Source of the DNA: Trichinella spiralis
Lineage: Eukaryota
Length of the DNA stretch: 64,000 bases
Direction: 5' to 3'
Assembly: GCF_000181795.1 (NCBI RefSeq)
Contig: NW_003526943.1
Coordinates: 2,103,647-2,167,646 of the forward strand
The notes under the pieces are model-generated. The model was not told the DNA's origin. It saw only the letters and a list, made by a program, of their open reading frames with translations, and searched no databases. Each line of letters opens with the position of its first letter. The stretch's first letter is position 1. The position numbers and the translations under genes were made by a program. Positions 25,934 through 39,400 of the stretch are shown here, piece by piece.

Positions 25934-28880
25934 ATGAATTGGTTTCTTGAATACTTTTTTTATCCGGTGGAAAATGTTGTGAGGGATGTAATTGAATGGC
26001 GATACACGGCCGTATCAGTCTTTTATGTAACCTTTTTAAATGCTTTATTTTGGTAAAATACATAAAATGGAAAATTTTAAGCAGTGAGCTTATATTTGTA
26101 TTTTATAGGTTTGTTGCTCTGTGTGTTGAACAGGAATATCAAAAATTCTTGCTATTGTTAATTCTTGCATTGTTGGCATTTGATCTTGTAATATTCCCGA
26201 TTTTGCGATATGGTGAATATATCAAATTGATAATTAGATTTAGATCGATTTGGATAAGAAATTTTATAATGAAATGTTGAATAATGCAGTTTTCTTTACA
26301 TAAATTTCTTTATTTTGGACTTTGTTTTATAAATGCAAGTTAATGCAAATATTTTTTTTCATTTTTTTAGTAATTTTGTTCATTTTCTGGTACTTCAGAA
26401 AGAGAAGACAGTATGTTAACTATTTTTTTTTATAATTTATATTAGTGTTATTATTTTCAATTCAGATCAGAACAGCAAATATCATCACGTCGACGTTCCA
26501 GAATATCACTATACTCGACTATAATTCAGCCTGTTTTCCGTCTTGTATTCTTTTTACTGGCTGTGAAAAAGGGAGAGGTGATTTCTGTTGGAGAAATGTT
26601 TAACATTTTTTATAATAAAATCATTGTAGTTGACATTTGTTATATTGGTTTTAAACGCTTTGAAGTTTTTATGGGAAAACGATGCAAAAACATGCTGCTT
26701 TCTAAGCTATGCAACTTGTGAGTGACACAATTTTGTTCATATTAATTATTTCAATGATTAAAATTTTTAATTTTATTAGTAATATTGTCGATTATTATAC
26801 CTCCATGGAACTATTACAAGATTAATTGGCTAATATTGCAATTTATAAATCGATGTTGCTGGATAATTTATCGATGGACTTGGAACTACATTTTGCAGCC
26901 GTGTCAGCAGGCAGTGTGTTTTTTGGCCAGTTGGTGTTCCTATCTGTTTTTATTTCGCTGGTTAAAGCCTATATTTGGATGGCTTTATTATAAATTTGTT
27001 TTTCCAATATGTTATTTTTGTTGCTATGTTTGCCGAATGCTATGGTATTGTATAACCGGACGTTGGATTCGACCGTTGTGCAGAAGAATATTGGGAATTC
27101 GGTTTTTAGCAAGATCAGTGTTTTATGAAAATTTATTTCTGCCTATCAAAAAGCGTACTAGTCAATTTGTGAAGTTGATAATGTACATTCTTAGTTTACG
27201 TTGGATAGTGGATCTCTTAAGCTACACTTCACAAGTAGTGAAATCGGTTTGCTTTCGCTGTTGTATAGTCCTTGCTCATTTTATACAGTATTATTGTGGT
27301 CAATTGATTGCTACAATAGTGGAAACATTTTGGAGACGGCCAACAGGCTTTGTAAAACGGAAAGCTGCCGCCTTTAACACAATGGTGAAGAGGAAAGTTT
27401 TGCTAGCGTCAGCTGTTTTCAGAATAATTACCCGGCGAATATTTTCTATTATATTCTATGGTTCGGCACTTATTATTTTGCTTGCTACCAAATACAGTGT
27501 TATATATGTTGTTGAACCTATTGTAAAGCGATTCTACGAATTGATCGTTTCCATTGGCCAGCAACTGTCTGATGCTTATGGAGACAGGATAATTAGCTTC
27601 GTCGAAGCAGTTCGTGAACATGGAGAACATTTATCAGGTAAAATTTTCACTATGGTATAAAGAAATAATGCTCATAGGACAGAAATTTTAAATACCATTT
27701 TATGTTTACTTTTAAGATCTAAAAGTGGCATCGGTCAGTTTACTAAGTGAAAGTTCTGCGAATTTTATGATGATAGTGAACACAAATTTTAGGTAGTTAT
27801 CTGTAAGATATAATAATACGGTAATATAAGTTATTCTTTCCAAAAAATGCTTTCACATATTCTGAATTTGTTTAAAAAGTGTTCAAACTGAATTGAGTAA
27901 ATTAAAGTTTGATCTGTAAAATTTTTTACTTATATTATTTTTGAATATTAAATGGCGTTTACTAAGTTGTACAAACTTAAGATTTTTTCTTCATATTGAT
28001 TTCAGTACCAGAAAGCATTAGTAATTTTATTATTTGTTTTGAACAGACTACAGTAAGAATAAATACGTGGAAGTGCTATTGTAATTTTGTACATCAGTGA
28101 AAAATTTATTAGAATTTGTTTCTGATTATACTTTCTGCTAGAATTTTTTTTTGTTATAGTACGGAAAGAGTTAATTTAACATTCATTATATTTTAATTTT
28201 AAATTTTAGAACTTCGACAGTTCCAAGCTATCAGTCGATTAATAGAACTGCTTTTAACAATAAAACTTACTTTATTTCTGTATGGCAGTCAATTTTCTTT
28301 AATAATTGAATTTACAGAAGAAAAAGATGAAGAGCTCCGAAACTTCATTCCTGATCCATTTGGTGAAGAAGTAGAAAAAATGGTGTTGGAAAGTTCAGAA
28401 GAGGAAGAATTCCTTCCAAACCCTAATGCGTTGAATTCAATGAATCAAACTACTTTTGGTTAGTTTACTTGTTTACAGTTTCTCTAAATGTAAAACGAAA
28501 TGTTGATTTTGCATTTTTTAGATGATACCGAAAATGCAATGATTTCAAAAATAAGTGATTTTGAAAACACTGATTCCGAAGATGAGGGGAACTTTTTACC
28601 TGATGAAAGTAAAACTACCGTACGTCGACGTCGTAGAAAGGCAAAAGGAAAAAGGACAGCAGCAACCCAACAGAAAAAAGAAATCGTCGACCAAGGAAAG
28701 TTGTGGAACACGGTTCAAGGAGCTCTTCGAGCAGGGCTGTCAAAACTTAATTTTACCGTTTCTGGTGAGGAGAAAGATATACAAAAGAACGCCTTCTCCG
28801 ATTGGGAAGATGAGGAACTTTCAAAATTCGAGCCTTCTTTTGACGATTTTGAAATTCTCGACAAAGAGAAGGACCTGTGA
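25934..28880 (+). CDS. Divergent FAM134/RETREG-like reticulophagy receptor (reticulon-homology N-terminus, acidic tail, terminal LIR)
   Basis: Spliced N-terminus VRDVIEWRYTAVSVFYVTFLNALFWFVAL resembles FAM134B [26 protein letters not shown]. C-terminal FDDFEILD resembles the FAM134 LIR GDDFELLD. Exon use between 27640 and 28320 is uncertain. Confidence 0.65.
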
Positions 28881-29032
28881 ATGTAGTGCTTCTGTGTGAA
28901 ATGCATTGGTGCCGCGTCGCTTGCATTGTGTACAGGTTTTACTTTACTGGCCACATTTATTACAGTTTGTTGCAATAAATACAACTCATTTACTCCATTT
29001 TATTCTAAGAAAAATGTTAACAAACATTTCGT

Positions 29033-29562
29033 TCATTCTTTCACACCTTCGCGCAAACGCCTTATAGTGCTGCGTACAGTAGATCCGGTAGTTGTACTGA
29101 AATTAAAAAAATGCAATTATAAACAAATCAGTGTAATATTAATTGTATCACCTGAAAACATAAGCACCGCCTGCAACAGTTTTCTTACAGCTTTTGCATT
29201 TCCAAATTCCAACAGCACGACGCTTCATGTTTTCCTTAAAAAATTCAAATATTTTTACAAACAATAAAGTGTTAATTGTAAAAATATCATAAATAAGGTG
29301 AAATACAAAAAATATGAATAAATAATGTTAGAATTTAGTAAAATATCAAACCAAAAATAAATAAATAATACCTTTCCACAAAACAAACATGTGTATTTAG
29401 AATGTTGTGTAATTTCCATCTTCTTGATTGTTTTACGTAAAGATGCACCATATCGTGTCCCATACTTTCCAGTTATACCAACTTTCTTTGTACGCTTTGC
29501 CTGCACAACATAATAAAATAATACGAACTCTATTCCTATGAAAATAATGGACTACATACCAT
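29033..29562 (-). CDS. RPL37A: 60S ribosomal protein eL43/L37a
   Basis: [24 protein letters not shown]...[22 protein letters not shown]...GGAYV.|.[16 protein letters not shown]. Confidence 0.97.
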
Positions 29563-30188
29563 TTCGTAAATTGGCAACACAGCTGAAAGTCTGAAAATAA
29601 AAACAATTTATATAAATTCACAGAAAATATTATATCAGAATAATTCAAAACTCGGCATAAACTATAAAAAAATACCAGTACATAACAAAATATAATCACA
29701 ATTTAGAACAGTTGCATCTTTATATATGTAAACGGAAATGTTAAATACATCAACACAGGAATGATATTAAAATTGATAGTAAAACAGTTTAAAATAAAGT
29801 CAATAATAATGAAACTCGGTAAACACTTTTAATATAAAATAAAAATTTGTAACGACAATTTCCAAGAAAGCAACGTAGTTACAGTACGAAAAGCAAATGC
29901 AAGCATTAATATAACAATACAAAATTGAATAATTTTACAATTGTTAATTCTTTACAATTGAAATTACAATTTCAAATTAAAAAAAAACGTATCATCATTC
30001 CATTATTTACATGAACTTTATAGGCTGCAGTTACACATGATTCAGTATTACATCTATGGCATTAATTTAACGAAATTCTTGACGTCGCATTTACTTCGCA
30101 ATATCTATTCAAAAAGATATTCAAACAATTTTTTGATAAAATCAAAGCATTTTATTTAATCAAAATGAAAAACTGCCGTTTTTCTCTT

Positions 30189-31466
30189 TCAGTTTTTAGG
30201 TGCTCCGTAAGCATCAGGAAGTCGTTCAATGGAATACCTAAAGTAAAGCAAAAAATACAACAAAAATTTCTATGAAAATGCAGCTTTTGCTGAAATGAGA
30301 TGAATGACATATTTCCTATTATTATTTTTGACATTAAAACATTTTATGAAAAAAAGTTTACATCATCACTACTATAACTGCTCATAAATCATAAATTATT
30401 TAATTAAATATAAAGAAAAGAAGCACAGACCTATGATTAGTTATATACATAATTGGAACACCCGGAATTTTTCTTATGCGCCGTTTCAAATCTTTATCAC
30501 ACGTAGCCACTATATAACATTTTGCCTATAACAAAATTGCTATATGTTTAATATTTTTTGGATTGGACAGTCTTATTCAACATATAATGAACAAATTAAT
30601 TAACTTCACATAAATCCTTTTACCTCAGTGACACGTTGAACAATGCAATCATCAGCATAAGTGCCTTTGTGAAGACACACTAATCTTTCAAATCGTGGAT
30701 CCTTGATAACTCTAAACAAAAATTTAGAAATAAGCAAATGCGTCAACATTTATTACTAACCGTAAAGCAAGTTTAAATTTAGTTCCCATTTTTTCAAGTT
30801 CTCCCAAAACACAATCGGTAATATATGGAACACCTAAAAATTGCTTTGGAGTGCATTTCCTAACAACGCAAAATCAGTCTTACATTTTGCATACAAACAA
30901 TCTGTCATTGATTTCACAATATCCAACTTGTTTTTAATAGAAAAGTTAATAAAATTGGTATCCAGGATTACGTGATACGGTGGGCCAAGATGCTCGTTGT
31001 ATTGCAAAAATAAAGCAGCAGATTTACGTGGCCTAAATAATAACGATCATATTAAGCAACCAAAAAATAACTAAAAATAATTAGCACCAAAACTTACAAT
31101 TCACGCACTTCTGGGTTATCATTTTTTGACGCAGCTTTCTTCTTTTTCAATTCTCGAATACTTGGATTTCTATAATTTGTTCAAGTAAAAACTTATACAT
31201 CATCAATATTACAAATTTGAAATACATTCGATTATCCGTCGTCTTCAAAAGTTTCGGCTTATTCCTAGTGGTCTTTACAAACCTCTTCACCTTCGGCTAC
31301 AGACAAACAAGAACAAAAACACGATTAAATTATAAACAAAGTAGACAATTTAAATAAATGAAACAATACAAGAAAAACAAATAACTACGCCAGAAATTTA
31401 GAAGATTAATTTAATTCAATTATATCTTATTTTAATAAATAAGAGACAAAAAATATGAATTACCAT
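30189..31466 (-). CDS. FCF1: rRNA-processing PIN nuclease FCF1/UTP24
   Basis: [73 protein letters not shown] and last exon [15 protein letters not shown]. Confidence 0.95.
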
Positions 31467-31817
31467 TATTCAGCAAAAACTTGAATTTTGAAAAATGTTT
31501 CTCACAGTATGAAACAACAGTGAATTTAATATTATGTTCAAGTACAAATATTTTTGTTCAACACTACTATTACCAAAAGGGGTCTTCACGGACCCCAGAA
31601 GTGGAAAAGTGATAAAACTCTATCAAAAAAAGTTGATTTCTGCTGATTTTTTCAATATTTACGTGTGAGGTAATGAATTTTATTTCTTTGGATAGTATAT
31701 TTGCTTCAATTTCTAGATAATTAATTATTTTTACATTTTAAATATTAGTGTAAATATATTTGTACGAATAAGCAATGGTTATCGTTGTAGTTGTACTACG
31801 AAGTATTTTTATACTTA

Positions 31818-32392
31818 TGTTGGAAATGCAAGCTTCCCGCAAAAATGCCCACAAAAGCTATGCAGGTCAAGGATGCCATCCCCGGCATTCGAGGATGATT
31901 CCAGGGGTCATCCGAGATGCTTAACGGGCATTGCGCGACAGCAGCAGCCGGAATCCTTGCTGGAAGCATGGAAGAGAACAGCAGACGCCACACCGGCGGC
32001 CGATGGTTGTCCCGAGACAATGGATGACCAAATTTCCTCTGACCTAAATCGTGGACCTGAGATCGGCACGCTCCATACATAAACCGGTGAAATCTGAATC
32101 TGATCAGAATCGAATCGAGAGTGAAGTACTGGTGTGATCGTGCAAGAGCTGTTGACGTCGAGTTGAGTGCGTGTGATCATCGTGCAGTGCAGTGCAGATT
32201 GCTACCGTTTGTTGCAGAATCTGTTTTGGTGATTATCAAATTACCAATCTGTCGCTGTTGTTAAATTCATCTCTTCCCAAAGAGTTGTCTTAACCACAGC
32301 AAGAATCGTCCTTGCTTATCAACAATCGATCTACTGTAATCAACCACCAAACTTATACAGTCCACTGATCAAATTCTGTTGTCTTCACAACA
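31818..32392 (+). mobile_element. Solo LTR (BEL/Pao-like) with 5-bp target-site duplication ACTTA
   Basis: TGTTG...CAACA termini. ACTTA at 31813-31817 and 32393-32397. Shares the TGTTGGAAA start and TACAGTCCACTGA near the 3' end with the LTR at 21909-22268. Confidence 0.88.
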
Positions 32393-32858
32393 ACTTATTT
32401 TACTTATTCCATATTGTCAGTATTTCTACAGTATTTATTTTTTGAACATTTTGACATTCCTTTGTCAGATTGTAATTTAGTGTGTTATAATTGAAATATT
32501 TTCAAACGTTCAGTTTTATTAATTTTAATTTCTGCAATTTTAGTAAATTTCATTGTTAAGTTTTTTAAATAAACAGAACAAAATAATTTTTTGTATTTCT
32601 GGCGATTATAAAATTGAATTTATAATTTTTATTAATTAGTATGAGTACTGATGAGTGAACTGTATGCTAATGATAAATGGCATTTGGTTTTGTGCAGCTT
32701 ACGTTTTTAAATTTTGTTGTAAATTTAAATTAACTTTTAACTGCATTTTTTGTTAATATAAACTGTTCAATTTTGTTGTTAGCAACTACATTAGTATAAA
32801 CTTAGGTAGATTTTTATGTGACATCTGAAATTGTTGTATTGATGCAGTTTTTGAAGCT

Positions 32859-34759
32859 ATGGATACTTCAAGTGGATATTCCAAGCATTTCTTATCCTTC
32901 TGGGACATCAACACTGCATATGTTTATCAATTTATGAAATACGCAAATCGGTGAGTTTTCTTTGTGTTCTGTATGCCAATCAATTAATCAGCATTATGGA
33001 AGAAAAGTAATAATTTGCTCGTTTATTGTAAAAGTAATGTATGAATCTCTTTCTGTGCATTGATTTAAATTAATGTTTTAGTACTGATAATAATACAATT
33101 GAACAAGAGGAAATTGTACTGTCAGAAGATACTATTAATTCAGGTGCAATTTTCTTTTTAGTTTGCATATTTTTCACCAATTATATGAAGTGCATTTATC
33201 ATATTAGATGTTGCTGAATTGAATACACGGCTGATTGGTGTTTCGTTTCAAGCAGACGAAGGTAGTACGTGGCAATGTATTGACAAAAATCCCTTGACTT
33301 TTACTAAAATTTGCACTGCTAAGATCGCCGATGCAGGTACATTTGTTGCTACTGGAGTTGTATATTTTTTAAAAAAAGAGGTAAAAAATGAAAAGGATTA
33401 TAGGCGCAAGTTGGATAGATATGCTCAGTGAAATAAGGCTGCGTAAATTCAGGGTGGAAAAATTTTGTCGCCTGTCGCGTCAACCTTATCACATCCGTTG
33501 TTCGAAATGCAAACGCTTGTTGGTGACGGAAAAGGAAAGGTTGATTAAAATTGCACAAAATTATATGAATAAAATTTTAAATGAAAATTTCAGAATAACC
33601 CTGTATCCACTGCCTTCTCCAGATGTGTTTGATTTGTGGGAAGATTACTTTTGTTCCAATACCAATCAAAAGGAGTGTTTGGCATCATTTCCAAAGCCGT
33701 CTCGTTTTAACTGCTACGTTGGACGTTTATTCTTCGTTATGGATGTTGATAATTTGCAAAACAATTTTGATATACTTGCCTACAGGCAACCAATTTTGAA
33801 ATGTTCATATTGCAAACAAGAATTTGGTATTTTGAAAGACAAACGTTAGCAAATTATTTGTTTTAATCATAGCTATTTTCTCTTGGCAAAATTTGTTTTC
33901 AGCCTCTTCTGGAAAACTGTTCAGCAGACATGCTTTGACGATTTATCATGGACTGGCCGATCTTGTTGATGCAGATAATAAATCGTTTGTCAGTTTGTGG
34001 TAAGTCGAAGTAGAGTTTCACTTTCTGTTGTTAAAAAGAATAATTATCATAAGTTCAGTTTATGAAATGATGATTTTAATGTTTTTCTTCGTTCTGTACA
34101 TGGTCTCTAGTTTTGTAAAATTGATAAATGCGATTTATTTTGCTTGCAGGTTTGATTCCAAAGAAGAATATTATGCTTGGATATTGTATTCGGAATCAGA
34201 AGATAACTTTGCGAAGAAAATTGTTCTCGCTGATTTGAGCAACGATCCTCAAGTGGTTGTACGTTGTAAAAGTCAAATATTTAGTTCACTTTAAAATTAC
34301 TTTACACATTATTACAGATCTGGTTGATGACGTCCGTTTGGCTAATGATTTGCAGTGATTTACCAACTGAAACTAATCGACCATTTTTTTGTTTGAGAGT
34401 AAAATATCTCATAATAAATGATGACTACGATAAGTATGCATACGATATGTTACAATGTTAATCTTAATGTCTATTTAATCTATGTATAAATATTGTATGA
34501 AAAACTTTCCTTTTTATCTCTAGCCGCCAATATGCAAGGAATTCAGCAGAGGTATCATCTGTTACAATTCGGTTGCCAAAGACAGAAATTGATTGCATAG
34601 TGGGGCAGCTTCAAAAAAGTAATTCCTTGTATCCAGAAGTGATGCGTAAAATAGGAATATTCTCGGTCTGTTATTTTTATTCAATACGTTGATAAATAAA
34701 ACAATTGAAAAGATCCATTTCAGACAGGTTTTCTGCGACTTGCCGATGCGAAATATTGA
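32859..34759 (+). CDS. UBE3D: E3 ubiquitin ligase E3D-like (HECT-like E2-binding protein)
   Basis: IRCSKC...YPLPSPDVFDLWEDYFC...CYVG...KCSYC and C-terminal LQKSNSLYPEVMRKIGIFS|TGFLRL fit the UBE3D pattern. Confidence 0.65.
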
Positions 34760-35571
34760 AACATCTTCAAGCTATGGTGAAATTAATAACTGTTGATTAA
34801 TTTTTTGTTTGTTATTAATTTCAACATTTATAAAATATAAAATTCATAATAATACAGGCGATTTTATGCCCATTTTCGTTTTAGGGGAAAATTTTACATT
34901 GAGTTTATTAATTTTGGATATCGTTTAGAAATTTACAATAAATCTGTAGAATATATAACATGTTATTGCTGTATTAACTAAGTTTAGAAAATATGAAAAA
35001 TAAAGTGAAAAAACTATACTAAAAAAATTAAACCCTGCTTTGTTGTTCTTAAATTACGTGGGACTAGTGCAGAATTGTATTTGCAAGTAAAAATGAATTT
35101 TCCTTAAGCTGCTTGTTTGGGTGATTTAAGTTTCGTTTTAAAGTGCGAAATCAGTGGTAAGTTGAAAATTATCTCAGACTCGTATGATGTAGAATAGTGG
35201 AAAATAGTGAAGCCAAAGAGACGATGCTAAGAATATTAAAAACGTTTATACAATTTTTCCACTAATAGCAATAATAGCTGCTTACAGTTGTTTCAGGTAG
35301 TGATGAGGCAACCAAAAAGCATTCCACCGGTGAAAATGCAAAAGAAAAAACAAAAATAACTGCATTTTCAATTTTCAGAAAAGAAATTTAATTTTTATCA
35401 GAAAAAAAGAAAATAAACATGATTTTAGCAATTACAACGATAAACAAGATTTGCAAAAATATTCAAATCAATTACTGCTTGAAAAGGTGGACAAGTTTCG
35501 CACATGGCATGTATAGAAAACAATGAACGAGTATATAATAAATAATTATAACGCTATTATAATTGTTGTTA

Positions 35572-36492
35572 TCACAAAGAAGATCCATCTCTTTTGTAGG
35601 ACAGATAGGCACGATTGATTTGTTCGAGAAATATGAACATCAGTACAGTATGGGGTGCAATTCGAAAATAATACGGCGTGAATCCTTTCCACAATGCTTG
35701 CGGACCCTCGTTTCGAGCAATCTTCAACCAAACATCCAACGCATTTTTATATTCTGGTCGTCCATCGACAGTTTTCATATTTTGAATTCGCGTTTTGGCA
35801 ATGTCGACTGGCATACTGGTGATGGTGGTAGCCAAGCCGCTGATCATGCTCGAGCAAAAATCGCAAAACAAATCATCCCGCATCATTTCAGTTTCAAGCA
35901 ACTTCTGCTTCACCTGCGAGTAGGTGGCAAGCTGAGTGGCGTTGACGACCATCGCCCTAAGTACGGTCGGCGTGCATCCACGCCAAAGTGTGAACAGACC
36001 TTCCTCTCTGACAATGCGAAAGATGGCATCGAAGACGTTCTTGTAGTTGCGTCGCAGATGCGGCGGATGCTGACCGTCGGCGGTCATGCGAATCAAGCTA
36101 ATCTCTGCCGGCGTGCCGACCATCGCTCCCACGGCGCCTGCGCCGATGCCCATCGCAGCTTTGACTACAAACGACGGTGGCACACCGTCTCGGGTCAAAC
36201 GGTCCGACAAAAAAGTGTACGTGCCCAGCCGAGTAGTGGTATATGTAGCTTGTCTGAGCAATCCAGCCGACAGCCCGTTGTAAAATCCCAAAACACCTTC
36301 CTGCTTCAAGATGTTCTTGATAATGGAAAATGTGGATCGCGGTGCCGTTTCAGCACTGGCCTGCGCTAATTGCATGCGATTTTTCACCAAATCCAGCGGT
36401 TGAACCACAGCCGTCGCCATCATACCCGAACAACCACCAAAAACAAACTTCAACAAATCCGGTATTGCCGGTGCTTTTTTCTGCTTTTCCAT
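35572..36492 (-). CDS. SLC25A11: Mitochondrial 2-oxoglutarate/malate carrier, single coding exon, 306 aa
   Basis: VQPLDLVKNRMQL, GLSAGLLRQATYTTTRLG, RMTADG, RAMVVNATQLATYSQ and WKGFTPYYFRIAPHTVLMFIFLEQ. Confidence 0.96.
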   Translation of the reverse strand: MEKQKKAPAIPDLLKFVFGGCSGMMATAVVQPLDLVKNRMQLAQASAETAPRSTFSIIKNILKQEGVLGFYNGLSAGLLRQATYTTTRLGTYTFLSDRLTRDGVPPSFVVKAAMGIGAGAVGAMVGTPAEISLIRMTADGQHPPHLRRNYKNVFDAIFRIVREEGLFTLWRGCTPTVLRAMVVNATQLATYSQVKQKLLETEMMRDDLFCDFCSSMISGLATTITSMPVDIAKTRIQNMKTVDGRPEYKNALDVWLKIARNEGPQALWKGFTPYYFRIAPHTVLMFIFLEQINRAYLSYKRDGSSL

Positions 36493-39400
36493 TCTTTTAC
36501 TTGTATTTCAATTTAGAAATGAAACAAAAATTATCTTGAATTTTCTAATACTAAAAACAAAACTATGCAATATACAATACAAAAAGTCTTTTTTCAAATA
36601 AAAAAAAGAAACTGAATTAACACTGTACGATAAATGAAGAAACAGCTTGCTTTCTTTTACACGTTCACAAAAGCATTTACGATACAATTGCAATCGTACA
36701 ATAAAACTGAAATTCAAGTTCAAAGTTATATTCATCTATAAACTGTTTTAATTATAAAAAATTTTACTTAATTCTAAAATTAAACAATACTAATGCAAAA
36801 AATATCATCAACAAAAATACAAACAGGATATCTGTAATATTTAAGCGCGCGCACTTTACAGTATGCAATTGTTTGAAAATAAGGAGCAAAAAAAACAAAT
36901 GTTAAATAAGCAGTTGGTTGATAATTTGAAAGAAGTATTTTAAAAATCACGCATGCTACTGTTCGAAATTTATTTCAAACAATTACTACGTGTAAACGAT
37001 GCAGCTGCTATTGTTTACGACTCTAGCTAGCGTATCATTGATACTCCATAGAAATTAATTAGAAAAGAGACTGACGTCATGTGTATTCACATAATTTACC
37101 ATACACGTTGAATCGACACAAAGATGAAAAGCAAACAATTTGCACGATTACAATCAGGACAAAGCAGTATCAAATATGAAATTTTATGAAAAATGTTTCT
37201 CATTAAGGAACTTCACAATATTGACAATTTCCGCTATTTTACAAAACTTTTTAAAGATGAAAACATTTGAGCATCGTGTTTCTTTTACTATCCGAGCAAG
37301 TATATCGAAAGAGCCGAATTTCACGTGAAAGGCTAATTTCGTTGAGGAAGAACTGATAGCGATAAATGTTCACTAGAAAAGTAAATAATGTGGAGGCGAA
37401 TGTTTAAATTCGCCTCTTTTCTCGAAGATTTATTTCGATGCTATAGCATTGAGAACATATTTTTGGGTAATTTCACAAATATTACTTCGAACCATTGTTT
37501 CCACTGGTTACCTTCATACGTAAGTGAATTTGGTATTCATTTTAAACATTATGCATTTGAAGAACTGTAAAAGAGTTGATTACAAAATATATACAAAATA
37601 TGTTTTTATGATAGGTCAGGATAGAGTACATCACTGTTTTATTTCTTTCTGACAAGAATAAGTGAAAATCATTAAAATCACTTTCCTAATTAAAAAAATA
37701 TATACAATATAGAAAAACAGTGCTGCGCAATTTATTAATTTTGTTTGATATTACATATGTATGTATGTATGTATGTATCCGGGTATTATGTATGTATTAA
37801 TATCAGTTAATGATATTATAATACTATAAGTTGCAATTATAGATTTAGTGTCAACGACAACAACAGTAACAAAAAGTTTTGATAACTTTGAAAAACTTTA
37901 TGAGATAGATTGTTTGAAGTAAAAATCTGATGTTAGCAAAAACTTTAATGAAAGTAAGAGCTAATATTCAACAACGTTATTTTACATTATTCATTGAACA
38001 TCAAATAAAATATTTTAAAAATGTGAAAAAAGTTTCTTAAAATTACAATGGAAAAACCAATGAATGGAATATTTTATTTTCATAATTTATAATTCATAAT
38101 TAATTTAAAAACGAGTTAACTAGTAATATGCTATGTAAATAAGAGTAAAATTGTAAAGGAGATTTAAAAAATGATTTATTGCACAAAATTATTCAAAATA
38201 CTCAAATTTTTAATATTTGTATTAAAAGAAAATGCATTATTTTAATGACGTTATTAGGTAATAGATTATTCAGAGCATGGAAGTTCTGTAAGCTGAAGAT
38301 CGGAAAAATTTACAGCGCTTTCTCTTCGAACATTTTCTAATATCAAAAAAAACGTATTGTAATCAATAATAATACAAACCATGAAAAAAATGAGTTTACA
38401 TAAATTAAAAAAGTTTAATGCTTTAATTTGACAATGAAACATCTGTGCATATCATGTTATCATAAGCAGAGATCTTTGATGTGCTCATTATGGGAAAATA
38501 TTTTAGATTTTGGTTTATTAAAACGGGTATTTTATCAAAGCACTGCATTTAATTGACAATTTATTTATCACATTTAATAGAGCTGTTGATCAATTAAGAA
38601 ATACAAATCAATTGTATTAATCACAGTTTATAAATTACATGACAGTAACGTTATACACTGATATAAGAGATTGGATGGTATTTTTTAATTGTTGAAGGCA
38701 ATATTATGTTTTATTTCTATGTAATATTTCAAAAAACGAACTATGAAAATTGAAATTAACTGATTGCATAAATGAATTGATCGTATTATTGAATAACGTA
38801 ACAGAAACAAATAATTTATAAATTTAATTATTTTGTGTTTTCATATAAACGTAAACAATGAAAATATTTGAAGAAAAAAATATACAAAACTCATACTGTA
38901 ATGCACAACTTGTAAATCGACATCAATATACAGTATTCATCAAGAATGCAGATTGTAATTTGTAAATTACTTTGGACTGTGATCAATTGGGCAGATGAAT
39001 GAGTTTATAAGAAATATTAAATTTTTTAATAATATTGTAATGTACATTTGATGCTTGTACAAAAATGTTTCGATATTGTTGAAAACTGAACGCAGCATTG
39101 TTCATGTGAGCATTTCTTCTTTCAACTGCTGGTCATTTTTATTTGGGATTAATTTTCTTTCATTAATAAAAACTTTTATTCCATTTTATAATAATCATAC
39201 CGAGAATTGTGAAATGAAAAAAAAAACATAATAAATAGCCTCTGCCCAGAATTGTTTTGTTTTACAACAGAAGTGAATTATTTCAAATTTGTTGGTCGGT
39301 TTATATTTGATAAAAACTAGGATGTAGAATTTTATTTTGAACAAAAAAAATATCCCAATGAATAAAGAGCAAATAACAAGAACGAAAGAAGGTTAAATAA

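Noticed and set aside
29600..30430. Box C/D snoRNA in the FCF1 intron or FCF1-RPL37A gap
   Set aside because: C-box-like TGATGA motifs lack a properly placed CTGA or recognisable rRNA guide. A covariance search would be needed.
35563..36369. 268-aa plus-strand ORF
   Set aside because: Antisense to SLC25A11.
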